Origin: Spirogloea muscicola
Taxonomy: Eukaryota
Direction of reading: 5' to 3'
DNA: 64,000 nucleotides
NCBI GenBank assembly: GCA_009602725.1
Contig: WELB01000010.1
Coordinates: 18,790 to 82,789, forward strand
Shown: one piece after another, positions 38,217-51,817 of the stretch
Layout: every line of letters begins with the position of its first letter
Numbering within the stretch: position 1 is the stretch's first letter
The notes under the pieces: generated by a model
What the model was told of the DNA's origin: nothing
Database searches by the model: none
The model's input: only the letters and a program-made list of their open reading frames with translations
Position numbers and translations under genes: made by a program

Positions 38217-39039
38217 NNNNNNNNNNNNNNNNNNNNNNNNNNNNNNNNNNNNNNNNNNNNNNNNNNNNNNNNNNNNNNNNNNNNNNNNNNNNNNNNNNNN
38301 NNNNNNNNNNNNNNNNNNNNNNNNNNNNNNNNNNNNNNNNNNNNNNNNNNNNNNNNNNNNNNNNNNNNNNNNNNNNNNNNNNNNNNNNNNNNNNNNNNNN
38401 NNNNNNNNNNNNNNNNNNNNNNNNNNNNNNNNNNNNNNNNNNNNNNNNNNNNNNNNNNNNNNNNNNNNNNNNNNNNNNNNNNNNNNNNNNNNNNNNNNNN
38501 NNNNNNNNNNNNNNNNNNNNNNNNNNNNNNNNNNNNNNNNNNNNNNNNNNNNNNNNNNNNNNNNNNNNNNNNNNNNNNNNNNNNNNNNNNNNNNNNNNNN
38601 NNNNNNNNNNNNNNNNNNNNNNNNNNNNNNNNNNNNNNNNNNNNNNNNNNNNNNNNNNNNNNNNNNNNNNNNNNNNNNNNNNNNNNNNNNNNNNNNNNNN
38701 NNNNNNNNNNNNNNNNNNNNNNNNNNNNNNNNNNNNNNNNNNNNNNNNNNNNNNNNNNNNNNNNNNNNNNNNNNNNNNNNNNNNNNNNNNNNNNNNNNNN
38801 NNNNNNNNNNNNNNNNNNNNNNNNNNNNNNNNNNNNNNNNNNNNNNNNNNNNNNNNNNNNNNNNNNNNNNNNNNNNNNNNNNNNNNNNNNNNNNNNNNNN
38901 NNNNNNNNNNNNNNNNNNNNNNNNNNNNNNNNNNNNNNNNNNNNNNNNNNNNNNNNNNNNNNNNNNNNNNNNNNNNNNNNNNNNNNNNNNNNNNNNNNNN
39001 NNNNNNNNNNNNNNNNNNNNNNNNNNNNNNNNNNNNNNN

Positions 39040-41390
39040 CGGCCAGCCTCCTGCGCCCGGCAGCCGAGGAGCGCCTGCGCAGCCGGCTGTCCCTGCTGAC
39101 CGAGCCGACGGAGGCCCGCCTCCGCCACCAGCTGCGCCTGGCTCCCGCCGGCGCGGCAGAGCCAGGCGGGGCCGCCTGCAAGGCCCATGCGGCAGCCCTG
39201 GCAGGGCCTCCGGCTCGCCGCCGCTGCCCCTCCGCCGGCAGTGCCGCGGGGCTGGACCAATGCGGCAATCGGTGGACCTGGCAGCAGGACGCGGGCACCG
39301 CCCGACTCTACAGGCAGGCTGTCGTTGCTGGCGCCGGCCTGCTTGGGGCCATCTCAGTGTTTGGCAGCGCGGCGCTCGGAGTGACCGCGGGACCCCTGGA
39401 TTCCGTCTCGGGCTCCTCCAGCGCCGCCATCGGAGACAATCAGCAGGAGCTGCAGGACATCCGCATGGACTCCGCGCTGCAGTCCGGCCTGGAGCAGAAG
39501 CTCCGCATAGAGCTGCATGCCGACCTGCTCAGCCTGGAGCCTTCGGAGCGGCCGCTGCTGCTCAAGGGCGACCCGGTTGTCGTCATTGACAAGGACGACC
39601 CTCAGGAGGTGGCGGCCATCCAGGCAATCGTGGCTTCAGAAGAAGCGGCAGCCGACGAGATCATCCCGGCATCTCTCAACCACGCAGCTGCTGCTGCTGC
39701 AGCCACTGTGGTGACTGCCGGCCCGGCGGCCGAGCTAGCCCTGGTGGCCTCTGGTGGCGTTGCGGTGGCTGCCTCGGCAGCGGCTTCTGCAGTCCTGCAG
39801 CCGGCTTCCAGCCTGGCAGTTCCCGCCACAGGTAGGCTCGGCCAAGGGTAGTTGCAGCCTCTGCTCGTTTAAAAGCATTGAGGAGTCGTGCTGCCAATCT
39901 GCTCGTGGCACTTCATGGTCCATCAAGATGAACGGAATGCCCCCTCTTGTCTCCTCGGTCACTCACGTTTGAACCTGCGCCTCCTGCAGGTCTTGCGGCG
40001 TCAGCAGCATCAATGCTCATGAAGTCAGCCAAGCACTTTGGTGGAGGAGGCATAGCTGGCGCAATTGGGGCGACCGTGGTCTACCCTCTTGACACAGTGA
40101 AGACGCGTATGCAGGCCCAGGACAAGGTATAAGCTGCACCCATCTGCATCCTACTGGCTCTGTTGTACGCTCGAGGAGAGGGCTGGTCTTGCTTGCTTGT
40201 GAGACAAGGGAGCAGAGCATCTGCTTACCAGCTTCTGTCAGTTGGAAGCCTTGTTGCAAGGAGCTGTGCATGTGCATCATCTTGCTATCTGGCATCAGAC
40301 TTATTCTATCTGGCCTCCTCTGCTGCAGAAGAGTGGTGCAGCGCTCAAGTACACGGATGAGATGGACTGCTTTCGGAAGGTTATATTCTGTGAAGGCCCG
40401 GGTGCCCTCTACAATGGCCTTGTCCCGCAGCTTATTGGAGTGGCTCCTGAGAAGGTGCGGTCTTGGGCTTGGCTCTGGTGCAAGGCTGGCACACACGTAA
40501 CAGCAGCCCTGCTTGGAAATAGAGATCTCATGTCATGCGCAGCGGCAGGTCTTGCTGTATGCACAGCACAGGGTCTCTGTGATGACCTGCGAATGACTGA
40601 GAGTTTTCACTGGCTCTGCTCTTGGCCAGATTGGTACCTCTCTCATCAGGTTACCAATCCTCGTACATATTGGTTGCAGGCTATGAAGCTGACAGTCAAT
40701 GAGATACTTCTGCAATTCCTGGAGAGTTTGATGCCGGGGAGTGTTGTCTGGACCCTGGAGGTTCTGGCTGGGGGAGGGGCTGGATTCTCACAGGTGGTCT
40801 TCACCAACCCTATTGAAGCCATCAAGATCCGGCTGCAGACTCAGAGTCACGCCGAGACGCCAAAGAGCACTATGCAGCTCGTCAAGGAGCTGGGCTTCAA
40901 GGGCCTGTACCACGGATCCCTGACAACCATGGCGCGTGACATCCCCTCATCAGCTATTTTCTTCGCTACCTACGCGCTGTTGAAGCAGACTCTACCTGCA
41001 GAGCTGGTCAGCATGGCAGGATGTCTCGCTGCGGTGCCGGCAGCGTACTTGGTAACTCCGATGGATGTTATCAAGACCAGACTCACGGTGAGGGGGCTTG
41101 TCATGTAACCAGCAATCAATCAGACCGCTGTCCATGGCTGGCTTCTGCCAGGCATCATCTTGTCGAGTAGACCTGTCTACCTGGCGCTCAACTGACAAGT
41201 TCCAGTAAGGTGTGATGTGCAGGTCGACCCAGCACCCGGGGAGAAGCCATATGCAGGAGCCATGGACTGCATCCAGCGTCTCCTTGAGAACGAGGGGCCC
41301 GCTGCCCTCTTTCAAGGTGGGGTAGCACGGGTGCTGAGGGTTGCCCCGCAGTTTGGCATCACTTTCTTCATCTATGACCTCCTCTGCTGA
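39040..41390 (+). CDS. Mitochondrial carrier family protein, aspartate/glutamate carrier (aralar/citrin/AGC1)-like, with long N-terminal extension; start hidden by gap
   Basis: Three carrier repeats [35 protein letters not shown]-type signatures [36 protein letters not shown]; stop 41388-41390. Confidence 0.88.
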
Positions 41391-42182
41391 GGCCTTCTGG
41401 AGGATCTGGCATGGGTGCTCAAACTGCCCCGGAGTTGAGCGTCATCCATCATCTCCTACGGTTCTGCTACCGAGGTGGCCGGCCAATTTTGTGTACAGCC
41501 GCAAGTCCTGCCATCATCCCTTTCCTTGTGCACTCCAGTGGGATCCTTCATTCATACATGTCTGCATCATGTAGATCTGCCGGCATGTCTCTCAGCCTCG
41601 TTCTGTAAATAGATTAGGCTGCAGGGGGTTGCCGGCACTAGCAGATGCGAGGACGTCATTCTTTTGCATCAGGCTTAAAACAACTCTGGTGCACACCACA
41701 GTTACAACCTGCTTACGTCGAGGCCCATCTTCATAGGAGTGCAAGACAGGTCCTCGCAAGTGGACAGTCGCTCGATTGGGCCCCGGACCCCTCATTTCTC
41801 CATGTGCTTACTGAATTTTGCAATGACATTCTTTGATCAACAGTGCATGCCACCCTGGTATGGGTAGAGTAAAGAAAAGGCAAGAGCGTCCGCAAAGCCT
41901 GGAGTGGGATGCGAAATTCACCAGCATGGTTTTCGTAGAGATGACAACTCAACAACTCGACAATTATGCGTCGAGCCGCGAAATCTGAGCATGAGAGTCT
42001 GGATTGCCGAGTGCGCGCATAGCCGTTGCAGGGGTGGGTTCGAGAGTCGCCCAGGCCTTCCTTCCACTGTGCTGCCCATGAGGGAGGCGGCCGCTAAAGC
42101 CAGCCCCGGCTCGTCGAGTGACAGCCTGGGGTGCCAGAGCTCAACTGGCCATTGCTGGCGATGAGGACCAGACGTGGAAGCA

Positions 42183-42253
42183 CGGAAAGCTCGGATGGCA
42201 GCGCGCCCCCTGCTCCCGCTCCGGAGGCTCGGGTTCAAAACCCGGCCCCTTTT
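42183..42253 (+). other. tRNA-like / Pol III A-box and B-box segment (possible SINE head or tRNA relic)
   Basis: agctcggatggcagcgcg resembles the D-arm/A-box and tcggg-ttcaaaa-cccgg forms a T-arm, followed by tttt. No acceptor stem or valid anticodon arm. Confidence 0.3.
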
Positions 42254-42289
42254 GAGGGCCACACGGGTCACGAGCCTGCACCGCTTTTA

Positions 42290-43242
42290 GAGAGAAAAAC
42301 GAAAGAGAGGAAGAAACGGAAAACGAGAGAGAAGAAAGGAAAGAACGAGAGAAAGAGAGAAGGCGCGCGGGGCGCATGAAATGCAATGGAGGCCAGTTCA
42401 AGCCGATGCATTGTTCAGGCAGAGTCCAGGGCACACTAAACAGGGCTATATGATACGGAAACCTAAACTAAGGTGCCTAAGGTGACATCAGTACCCACGG
42501 GTGAGCACAAACAAATCCGACAAGCTAACTTGGGGAGCTGGAGCGCCGTCACGGAAGCAGGAGGCCTGACTTAGAGCGCGCCCTGCACGTTGATGAAGAA
42601 GCCAATGCTTGCGAGCGCTGCAGACTAAGTGAGCCGCATTCTATAATATGCAACTGAGGCCTGCGGAATGCTGGAGTGGCGCAAGCTGCCCCCCCGACTT
42701 CGACGACGCGCATCAACCAGCCGGGCCAGATGCTGGATCAGGGAGGACCATTTAACAAAAGAGAGGCATCAAAAGGAAGCGCGGCCAGATTGACTGGTGG
42801 CCACGGCATAACGCCGTAGCCTATGTAGATATCCATGGCACACGGATAAAGATGGGCTGGCTTTTCCAGCCCCTATTCTGTGGGCGAGCACTTTCTTTCT
42901 TTCTTTTATAGATACAGATGGCCCCCTCGGGGATGGTCCCGGTAGTGCCGCTCCTTTTTGCGCTCCGCGCTGGACTTGGCCCAGCCAGACACGGTTGACG
43001 TGGGTGCGCCAGCCTTGCTTGTATGCGTCGATCAGTACCACGTCCAGGAGAGAGAAGGCGCGCGGGGCGCATGAATTGAAAGGGAGGCCAATTCAAGCCA
43101 ATACATTGTTCAGGCAGAGTCGAGTGCAGACTAAACAATGCTACATAATACGGAGACCTAATCTAAGGTACCTAAGATGACATTAGTACCCACGGGTGAG
43201 CACAAACAAATCTGACAAGCTAACTTGGGGAGCTGGAGCGCC
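42290..43242 (-). repeat. Two subfamily C 3' ends (42350-42560 and 43047-43242) plus small E and B pieces
   Basis: Both C copies encode APAPQVSLSDLFVLTRGY* with the same ~130-nt 3' UTR ending gcgcgccttctctc. The first has a TC-rich tail (42290-42360). Confidence 0.82.
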
Positions 43243-44112
43243 NNNNNNNNNNNNNNNNNNNNNNNNNNNNNNNNNNNNNNNNNNNNNNNNNNNNNNNNNN
43301 NNNNNNNNNNNNNNNNNNNNNNNNNNNNNNNNNNNNNNNNNNNNNNNNNNNNNNNNNNNNNNNNNNNNNNNNNNNNNNNNNNNNNNNNNNNNNNNNNNNN
43401 NNNNNNNNNNNNNNNNNNNNNNNNNNNNNNNNNNNNNNNNNNNNNNNNNNNNNNNNNNNNNNNNNNNNNNNNNNNNNNNNNNNNNNNNNNNNNNNNNNNN
43501 NNNNNNNNNNNNNNNNNNNNNNNNNNNNNNNNNNNNNNNNNNNNNNNNNNNNNNNNNNNNNNNNNNNNNNNNNNNNNNNNNNNNNNNNNNNNNNNNNNNN
43601 NNNNNNNNNNNNNNNNNNNNNNNNNNNNNNNNNNNNNNNNNNNNNNNNNNNNNNNNNNNNNNNNNNNNNNNNNNNNNNNNNNNNNNNNNNNNNNNNNNNN
43701 NNNNNNNNNNNNNNNNNNNNNNNNNNNNNNNNNNNNNNNNNNNNNNNNNNNNNNNNNNNNNNNNNNNNNNNNNNNNNNNNNNNNNNNNNNNNNNNNNNNN
43801 NNNNNNNNNNNNNNNNNNNNNNNNNNNNNNNNNNNNNNNNNNNNNNNNNNNNNNNNNNNNNNNNNNNNNNNNNNNNNNNNNNNNNNNNNNNNNNNNNNNN
43901 NNNNNNNNNNNNNNNNNNNNNNNNNNNNNNNNNNNNNNNNNNNNNNNNNNNNNNNNNNNNNNNNNNNNNNNNNNNNNNNNNNNNNNNNNNNNNNNNNNNN
44001 NNNNNNNNNNNNNNNNNNNNNNNNNNNNNNNNNNNNNNNNNNNNNNNNNNNNNNNNNNNNNNNNNNNNNNNNNNNNNNNNNNNNNNNNNNNNNNNNNNNN
44101 NNNNNNNNNNNN

Positions 44113-47100
44113 AGCCCCGCGCCGGCGCCGGCGGCGCTGTGGGGCGCCGGCCTGGCCGCCCCGCTGCCCACCAACGCGCCGTGGCAGAACTTCGTCCTCA
44201 ACGCCGGCCAGGCGCCCGAGGTGGTGCACCCGTACGTCGCGTCCTGCCGCCCCGGCGGCCTGGCCTTTGGCTTCCCGCAGCGCCAGGCCTCGGCGGCCGC
44301 CGTGCTGCAGGCCTTTGTCGCCACCTGGGTCGTCGGCACTGTCGAAGGCCTCGCCGCCCGCACCGTCACGACGTACGACGACCTCGGCGTCACCGTGAGC
44401 TGGACGCCGGCCGTCGGCGCCGCCGCCGACGGCAGCGGCGCCGCCATGACCGCGTACCTCGTGCGCGGCGCTCCGTACGTGACGCTCGTCTTCCACGGCA
44501 CCACGCCGGTCGTCACGACGGAGAATGCAATCCTGGGCCTTTCTGCGGACTCCTCACTGGGAAAGCACACGCTGGTGCTCAGCAACGGCGAGACCTGGCT
44601 GCTCTACACGTCGTCTGCCGACATGATGCTCGTACGCGACGGCGATACGCTGACGGCTGCGCAGCCCTTCACCGGCGTGCTCCGCCTCGCACTGCTGCCA
44701 GGTCTGCAGTCTGTCGAGCTTCGTTGAGTCTGAGTGACCTTGTCCGTGCCCTATCCAATCCTGCTCCAAGCTCATCCCTTCATTGTGTCTGCCTCCTCCT
44801 TCAAGACAATAGAGGTGGTGGTATTTGATTTGCTGCCACTCTGTGATGTACGCAGAGGGCTCAGCTGGAGCGCTGCTTGATCAGCACCGGCGGACCTACC
44901 CCACGGGCGGCACGGCGTCGCTTCCAGGACTTGCGCAGGTGCAGTACCGCTGGGCGACTGCCGCCTGGGGCGGTGGCCTATCCAACGCACTCCTCATGCT
45001 CAGCCTCCCGCTGCACCGCGCCGTGCTTGCACGGCCCTCGCCGAGTGCCACCTGCTCCATAGTGGTGAGCGGCACAAATGCCCCCTTCCCCAACACCCCC
45101 CCTCGCCTTGCAGCTCACGGCAGTTGCCACTCGTATCAGTGGCCACCCATTTCATTCCTGGCCTTCCTCTTGGTGATCCAGTCCCTCTTCTGTCTGTGTC
45201 TCAAACGCTCACCTTGCAACCTGGTCGAGTTGGTGAGATGCTGGGGCCCGCTTGCGGGTCACAGGGTGCTGCTGGTAGCATCACACATACGTGAGGACCC
45301 ACAGTGACGAGCCAAACTCAGCCTCACTGATTGTTGTCTTTCTCCTTGTCGCCAGCCTCATGGTAATGCAACGAGTCATTTACTTGAGCTCCTGTAATTC
45401 TGCTGCTCGCCACTCTGTCGCCACTTCGTAGTTTTGGCGCTAGCAAGTGAGCAATTTATCAAGGAGCAGTCCCATGTCAAGATGGGAGCAAGACTTAGAT
45501 TAGAGGCCACAGCAAGATGGTGAGAAGCAGCAAGAGTAGTCCTGATGCAGACTGCTGCAGGTATACTTTTAGAACAGAAGCTTACTGGCAGATCTTATCG
45601 CCCTCTGAGGCAGCTCTTCAGTCTCTTCTGTCCTCGCACGGCTGGTGGCTAGGAAGTCTCTCCATATTGCCGTGCCTGCTGCAGGTATATGACTAGCTTG
45701 GCCTTTGTCTGTCCAATGTCAATGCGTACCGCATTTAGGGCCAAGCCATATTGCTTGCCATTTGATGGAGCCACTGTCACAGGTCTGCGGCGTCGTTGTT
45801 GCACAGGCAGGAGCAACAGCTTCACAATTGCTGTAAGCCAGTGCCAAGGCATAACCCGTCCCATGCACACTTGGTGCTCAGTCCTGCACTGTCCCAAGCT
45901 GCTCAACAGGAACAGTATCTCACGTCATGACTCGACCGCTGAGCCGTTGCCTGAAGAGTGCCGTGGGCTTGTGGCAGCCGAAAGTGACGCAGGTCAACCT
46001 TCGGTACGAGAGCATTGATGGCATTATGTATGGCGAAATAGGCAATGTGTGGCTCCTTGTTGATCAGCCCGTGAAGGCCTCATGGCACTCTTTGCGAGGC
46101 GTGCCTAACCCATCTCGTGGGAGCATACTGGCAGCTTTGCAGGTGCCAGACAGTCCTTAAGCTTATATGCCAACAATTGCTGTCACCTGCCGTTACTCCT
46201 ACTAGCTGATCTTGAATTGCGATTCTGCATGTAGCTCAATGCTTGTTGGGTCTGCGCCAATCTTCACTTCATCTTATCTCTTTGTTGAGCAGAGGGACGT
46301 GGCCGAACTCTCCACTATCACCGACTCAGCTACCTACTTTGCAGGGAAGGCTCTTGCCCGTGTTGCACGGCTTGTGCTGATAGCGGAAGAGCTTGGGGAC
46401 TTTGTGTCCATGGCTACAGCTCAAAATTTCCTCAAGACCAACCTCAGCCCCTGGCTGCAGGCTGGTGGCCACAATAGTAACGGCTTCGTCTATGATCCAC
46501 GGTGGGTTGCTGCACGTCCAGGAGCAGCAATATCAACATCACTGCTGCCGGCTATTTCACGGCTCATATTGACTCTATTTCACTTTGATGTGGCAAATTT
46601 TCTATGGGCTCCCAGCTGGGGAGGGGTAGTCAGCCAGCAGGGTGCTGCAGACCAGGGAGCCGACTTTGGACTTGGCGTCTACAACGACCATCACTATCAC
46701 TATGGCTACTTTCTCTATGCGAGCGCTGTGCTTGCAAAGCTTGACTCTGGTTGGTATCCTGTACCTCAATCTTTGACATTACTTCTGCAAGCACAGGCTA
46801 GCATTTCTGCAAAGCTGGCTCTACCCTCCTGTTCTGTGATATGTTCGGTGCACAACACCTGCAGGAAGCTACTGGCATGGTGGGTTGAGCTGACAACATA
46901 GGCTGATGTTTGATGCAGCCTGGGCTCGAGCAAACAAGGCCGCCGTGTACACACTTGTCAGGGACATCTGCAGCCAGAAAAAGGACACTTATTTCCCTCG
47001 CATGCGCCACTTTGACTTTTTTGTGCTCCACTCGTGGGCCAGTGGTCTCGTCGAATTCGCGGACGGCCGGAATCAGGTACGTAAAATGCACCGCAGCTTC

Positions 47101-48407
47101 GCCTGCCCTGGTAGGCTTATGGTCAGACAAATGCCTACAGTAGCAACACCAATGAGCCTGGTGGTCCAGTGTGAATGAACAACTGAGGCCTTTCAGACAC
47201 TCGCTTTTTCCAGGAGAGCACGTCAGAGGCGGTAAATGCTTACTACGCCGTGTCTCTGGTCGGCATGGCTTATGGAGACTTGACCCTTCTGAACCTCGGC
47301 CTCACATTGACGGGCTTTGAGTCCAGAGCTGCCCAAGCTTACTGGCACATCCCAGAAAACAGCACCCTATATGATGCTGTATATACCCAGGTGACCTTCT
47401 TTCGCTGCCTTGGTGAATGCATGCCTTGATACACTGCAAGCAAGGGCCAATTTTGTGCAGAACATGTGTAGAGGCCCTTGGCAGATGACCATCAATTCAG
47501 CATGAGCACTCACCTATGCTCACTTGCAGTGATGTATCAGCAGCATAGCAAGTTCCCTGCAGTCAAGAGCCTGATGTAATTGCACCTGCTAATGGTCAGG
47601 CCAACAGGGTCACAGGAGTGCTGTGGGCCAACAAGCGAGACTCTGGCCTATGGTTTGCATCAAATGACAATCGTGACATTCGTCTTGGCATCCAGGCCAT
47701 TCCCATTAGCCCGATCACCGAGCGCCTCTTTTCTGGTGACCCCTCCCTCCGAGAGTGTGCAGGGGTTTTGCTAGCAACCCCTCTCTTAATTGCTGTCAAG
47801 TCGAGCTCCAGTCTAGCTCCAGAACTCAGCAGGCGTGCTTGCTGAATCGCAGGTTTTGGGCCTGTGCATCAGTGGCATACAGGCTTAAACCGACTCCCTA
47901 TGTCTGAGTCTAGCCAGACCCTTGCTCATAATTCGCATAAGTGTGCCTGGCATCTGCAGACAAGGCGTACACGAAGCAGCTTGTCAGCTGGTCGTTGGCG
48001 TCAGAGGGACCAGAGACCAGCGATGGCTGGAAGGGCTTCGTCTATGCCTTGCAGGCCATCGATAACAAGTCGATTGCCCTGAACAACCTTCAACCCTTGC
48101 AGGCCAGCATTCAACCCCTCAGGCAGGCTGCAACTGCTCTGCTTGTTGTGGGTGCAATTGTATGGGTGTCCTACAGGCTGTCATTGTTCAAGTGCGAGAA
48201 CATCAAACAACTGTGGCTCTACATTAGATGACCAATCTCATGAGCTCCTTGATTATACTCAATTGTTGTCCTTTCACAGCAGTTGTCCTTTCACAGCAAT
48301 CTAGAAGCTTTGAAGTCAAATGCACCATTTCCTTGTGTGCCGTGGTGCAGGGCTTTGACCCTGGAAACTCTCTGACAAACTTGCTCTGGTGGGTGAACTC
48401 CAGATAA
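44113..48407 (+). CDS. Glycoside hydrolase family 81 endo-1,3(4)-beta-glucanase / beta-glucan-binding protein; start in N gap
   Basis: [72 protein letters not shown], catalytic [25 protein letters not shown], terminal [18 protein letters not shown]. Confidence 0.93.
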
Positions 48408-49189
48408 TAGAACACATGTTTGCATAGCAATCAATTTTTTTGGCTCTTACAGATGTTGGACGGACGGACTCTAAGCCACTATCCATCAGATGGTTGCTTA
48501 GATGGTTCACGTGCTCCTCATCCAGCATCACCGAGCCACCTCCTCCTCACGAGAGGCCTAAAGTATAGTTGTAGCTGGCAGCCAGCACATTTGCTGGCTG
48601 CAACAACCTTCCCGGAGATGGTCAGCTCATTGCTGTATGCTGGGAAGGCTGAGTGGCGGGTTTGCCGCCAAGCACAGCAGTGTGCAGCAGCAAGTCCTAC
48701 CAGTCTGTGTTGCGTAAGAGGACCCTGTCTCCATATCCTTGGGGGATAGGGGCTTCTGCCTTTGCAGAGGCCTTGTGCACCTTGTGCTCTTTAGGACACC
48801 AGGACATTTTATTCTCGAAGGTTGGACAGAGCCGTATTTGAATTTGAGCCGGATTTAGTATCCCAGCTGCAAATAGGCAGAGGAGAGAATGAATAAAAGT
48901 CCTTTCATGCTCCTTTTGTTCCATGTTTAGTTGTCCAAGTCTCGTGTGAAGCATCATATACAAGGCTTCCTTACTTGCGTGGTCAGTCTTGGGCAGCTCT
49001 TTGCAATCCTGAACTAGGTGACAATTGGAGCCAACACGAACAGTCATGCCAACACCTGCAAATTTCAGGTGTGACGTGGCAGCTGGAGCAGCAGAAGATG
49101 AGGGCCGTGCAGATTGGGCTCAAATGCATCAGAAAGTTGGTCATGAGCTCTTCCAAGGGAGAAAATGCGTGTATATTAAGAGATGGGGA

Positions 49190-49371
49190 GGCCATGTGTG
49201 GCCAAGTACAAAGGCAAGCACATTGGACAAATGTACGTCACCTGCTGCTAAGCTGACCCGCTCAGTAACCACGAGTCAGCACATAGAGGTCGCTAGCTGA
49301 CGCTCGAATACCGGACGGCAATTGACTAGCTCTTGTGCCAGCAGCTAAGGCTCGACCAGCTTTCTGATGCA
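49190..49371 (-). repeat. Subfamily D 3' end
   Basis: HQKAGRALAAG...SDLYVLTRGY* plus a 3' UTR similar to 4470-4545. Confidence 0.75.
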
Positions 49372-50068
49372 NNNNNNNNNNNNNNNNNNNNNNNNNNNNN
49401 NNNNNNNNNNNNNNNNNNNNNNNNNNNNNNNNNNNNNNNNNNNNNNNNNNNNNNNNNNNNNNNNNNNNNNNNNNNNNNNNNNNNNNNNNNNNNNNNNNNN
49501 NNNNNNNNNNNNNNNNNNNNNNNNNNNNNNNNNNNNNNNNNNNNNNNNNNNNNNNNNNNNNNNNNNNNNNNNNNNNNNNNNNNNNNNNNNNNNNNNNNNN
49601 NNNNNNNNNNNNNNNNNNNNNNNNNNNNNNNNNNNNNNNNNNNNNNNNNNNNNNNNNNNNNNNNNNNNNNNNNNNNNNNNNNNNNNNNNNNNNNNNNNNN
49701 NNNNNNNNNNNNNNNNNNNNNNNNNNNNNNNNNNNNNNNNNNNNNNNNNNNNNNNNNNNNNNNNNNNNNNNNNNNNNNNNNNNNNNNNNNNNNNNNNNNN
49801 NNNNNNNNNNNNNNNNNNNNNNNNNNNNNNNNNNNNNNNNNNNNNNNNNNNNNNNNNNNNNNNNNNNNNNNNNNNNNNNNNNNNNNNNNNNNNNNNNNNN
49901 NNNNNNNNNNNNNNNNNNNNNNNNNNNNNNNNNNNNNNNNNNNNNNNNNNNNNNNNNNNNNNNNNNNNNNNNNNNNNNNNNNNNNNNNNNNNNNNNNNNN
50001 NNNNNNNNNNNNNNNNNNNNNNNNNNNNNNNNNNNNNNNNNNNNNNNNNNNNNNNNNNNNNNNNNNNN

Positions 50069-51817
50069 GGCGGCGGGAGTGGCGGCCCGCGCCTGGGCGT
50101 CGCCGCGCCGCCGCAGCTCTGCGGCGGGCCCCGGCACCCCGGGGTGCGCATGCGGCTTCCTGCCGTTTCGCTGGCCGCTGTAGATCCTCCAAGGTGCTGG
50201 CAGGCCCTTACACTGTCGCCACTGCGCAGGCGGCGGGCGTGCTCCAGCCCCGCAGCGCCACCACGCCGGCGCCCGGGTCGATGCGCGGCCCCGGCGGCAG
50301 CGGTGGCGGCGTCCGAGGCAGCAGAGCGCGGCCGGCGCATAGCACGCCTGAAGGCAAGGCAGCATGAGAGCACGCCAATACCGCGGCCGCCGCCCGCTGG
50401 CGCCGCTGTCGCTGCCCCGGCGTCCACGTCGCCGGCACTGCCGCCGCCGCCGCTAGCCCCGCCCTCGCTTGGATCCTTCCTGCGACTGCCAGTTGGCCGC
50501 CACTCTCTGCTCAATGCCAGCACACTGCGCCGCCTGGAGCAGCTCGCAGACGACACCTTCCGGTTGGCCTCTCACGTTGCCTACCTCTGCATTTTAATCC
50601 GTTGCGACTGTTGCCAGCATCTCAGGCAACCGTGCTAGCGGCAGCGAGAGCTGTGACCGACCATGACAGCCTGCGCGCACTACATTGTCAGTTGCCACCT
50701 GCGCAGCATTGAGGTCTTCAACTTGGTGGTCGCGCCGGTGATTGACCTGCGCATAGGGTTTACGGGGGACGGCTGCAAGGTCGAGATGCTCTGCTGCAAG
50801 GTGTGCAGGGGACTGACAGTGGCTCACCACCGCAGCCCAGGCCACCCACAGTGTGTGCTGTAGCGGGTGTCGTTGCCATGACTTTCTGGTCAAGCTGAGC
50901 AGACGTCTTGACTGCGGGCCGATGTCGTTGGTTGAGACAGTTTGAGGGCTCTGGCATTATAGAGCAGCAGAATCAGCGGTTTGCAGGTCAGATCCCTTCA
51001 TCCGTGCACTGCAAGCAAGTAGACGAGCGTGATGCAGAGGAGCTGCTCTTATACCTCTTCCTCAAGGAGCGGTTTGCATGCTGCCCTGCCCGACGGCCAG
51101 ACTGTGGCGGGCAGCGGCCCCTCCTGTGCAGCTCTGCATGCCCGGGCCAGCCTGGAGGGCCTTTCCTTGTCAGGCTCATGAGGCACCTCTGACACTGCCA
51201 CTGTTGCGCATCCTCTCACTTGGGCAGCCTCCTTGCGGAACGTCCTGACTTGGGACGAGGCAGAAGTCCTGCCGATGCTCCATGTGGATGTTGACCTTGA
51301 GGTTTGCCTCGAGGTCAGCATGCTCTGGCAATTAGCAGCAGAGAACCACTCTTCCTGTGGACTACCTTGCCTATATCTTGCTATATAACATGTCTTGTTG
51401 ACAAGTAGGATGCCGTTGTGCAGGTGTTCACGCTCCCATTCACGCTCCTACCACTTTCTGCTGTTGAGACCCCCGGCAACGCGTAAGTCTAGCTGAGCAA
51501 CCCCGGCCCCTCCCCTCGCTTGCACCACCAGGCTCCTAGGACCACTGATGGGCTCCTGCTGCCAGGCCCTGGCAAGCCTATCTTCTACACTGACTCCGTC
51601 ACTGAGAGCGCTGGTGTCATGCAGCTGCATGCAAACGCTCCTTAATCGCCTCGTCCCAATCTTCCTGCACAACCTCATCAGCGACTACACACGCTGGGCA
51701 GCAGGCGAGCTTGGCGATATGTTTCCCTCTGCGTCACCAGTAAAGGCCACTGTAGTTGGCAACGCACTGTCACCGCCACTGCGGCTGAGGGAGGAGCTAA
51801 GCCAGCCCCTCGCTTAG
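50069..51817 (+). CDS. DUF1997 family protein, probably plastid-targeted; start near gap
   Basis: Spliced peptide SLLNASTLRRLEQLADDTF/CHLRSIEVFNLVVAPVIDLRI...CK/FEGSGIIEQQNQRFA/ASLRNVLTW...VDVDLEVCLE/VFTLPFTLLPLSAVETPGN/LMQTLLNRLVPIFLHNLISDYTRWA. Confidence 0.82.
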
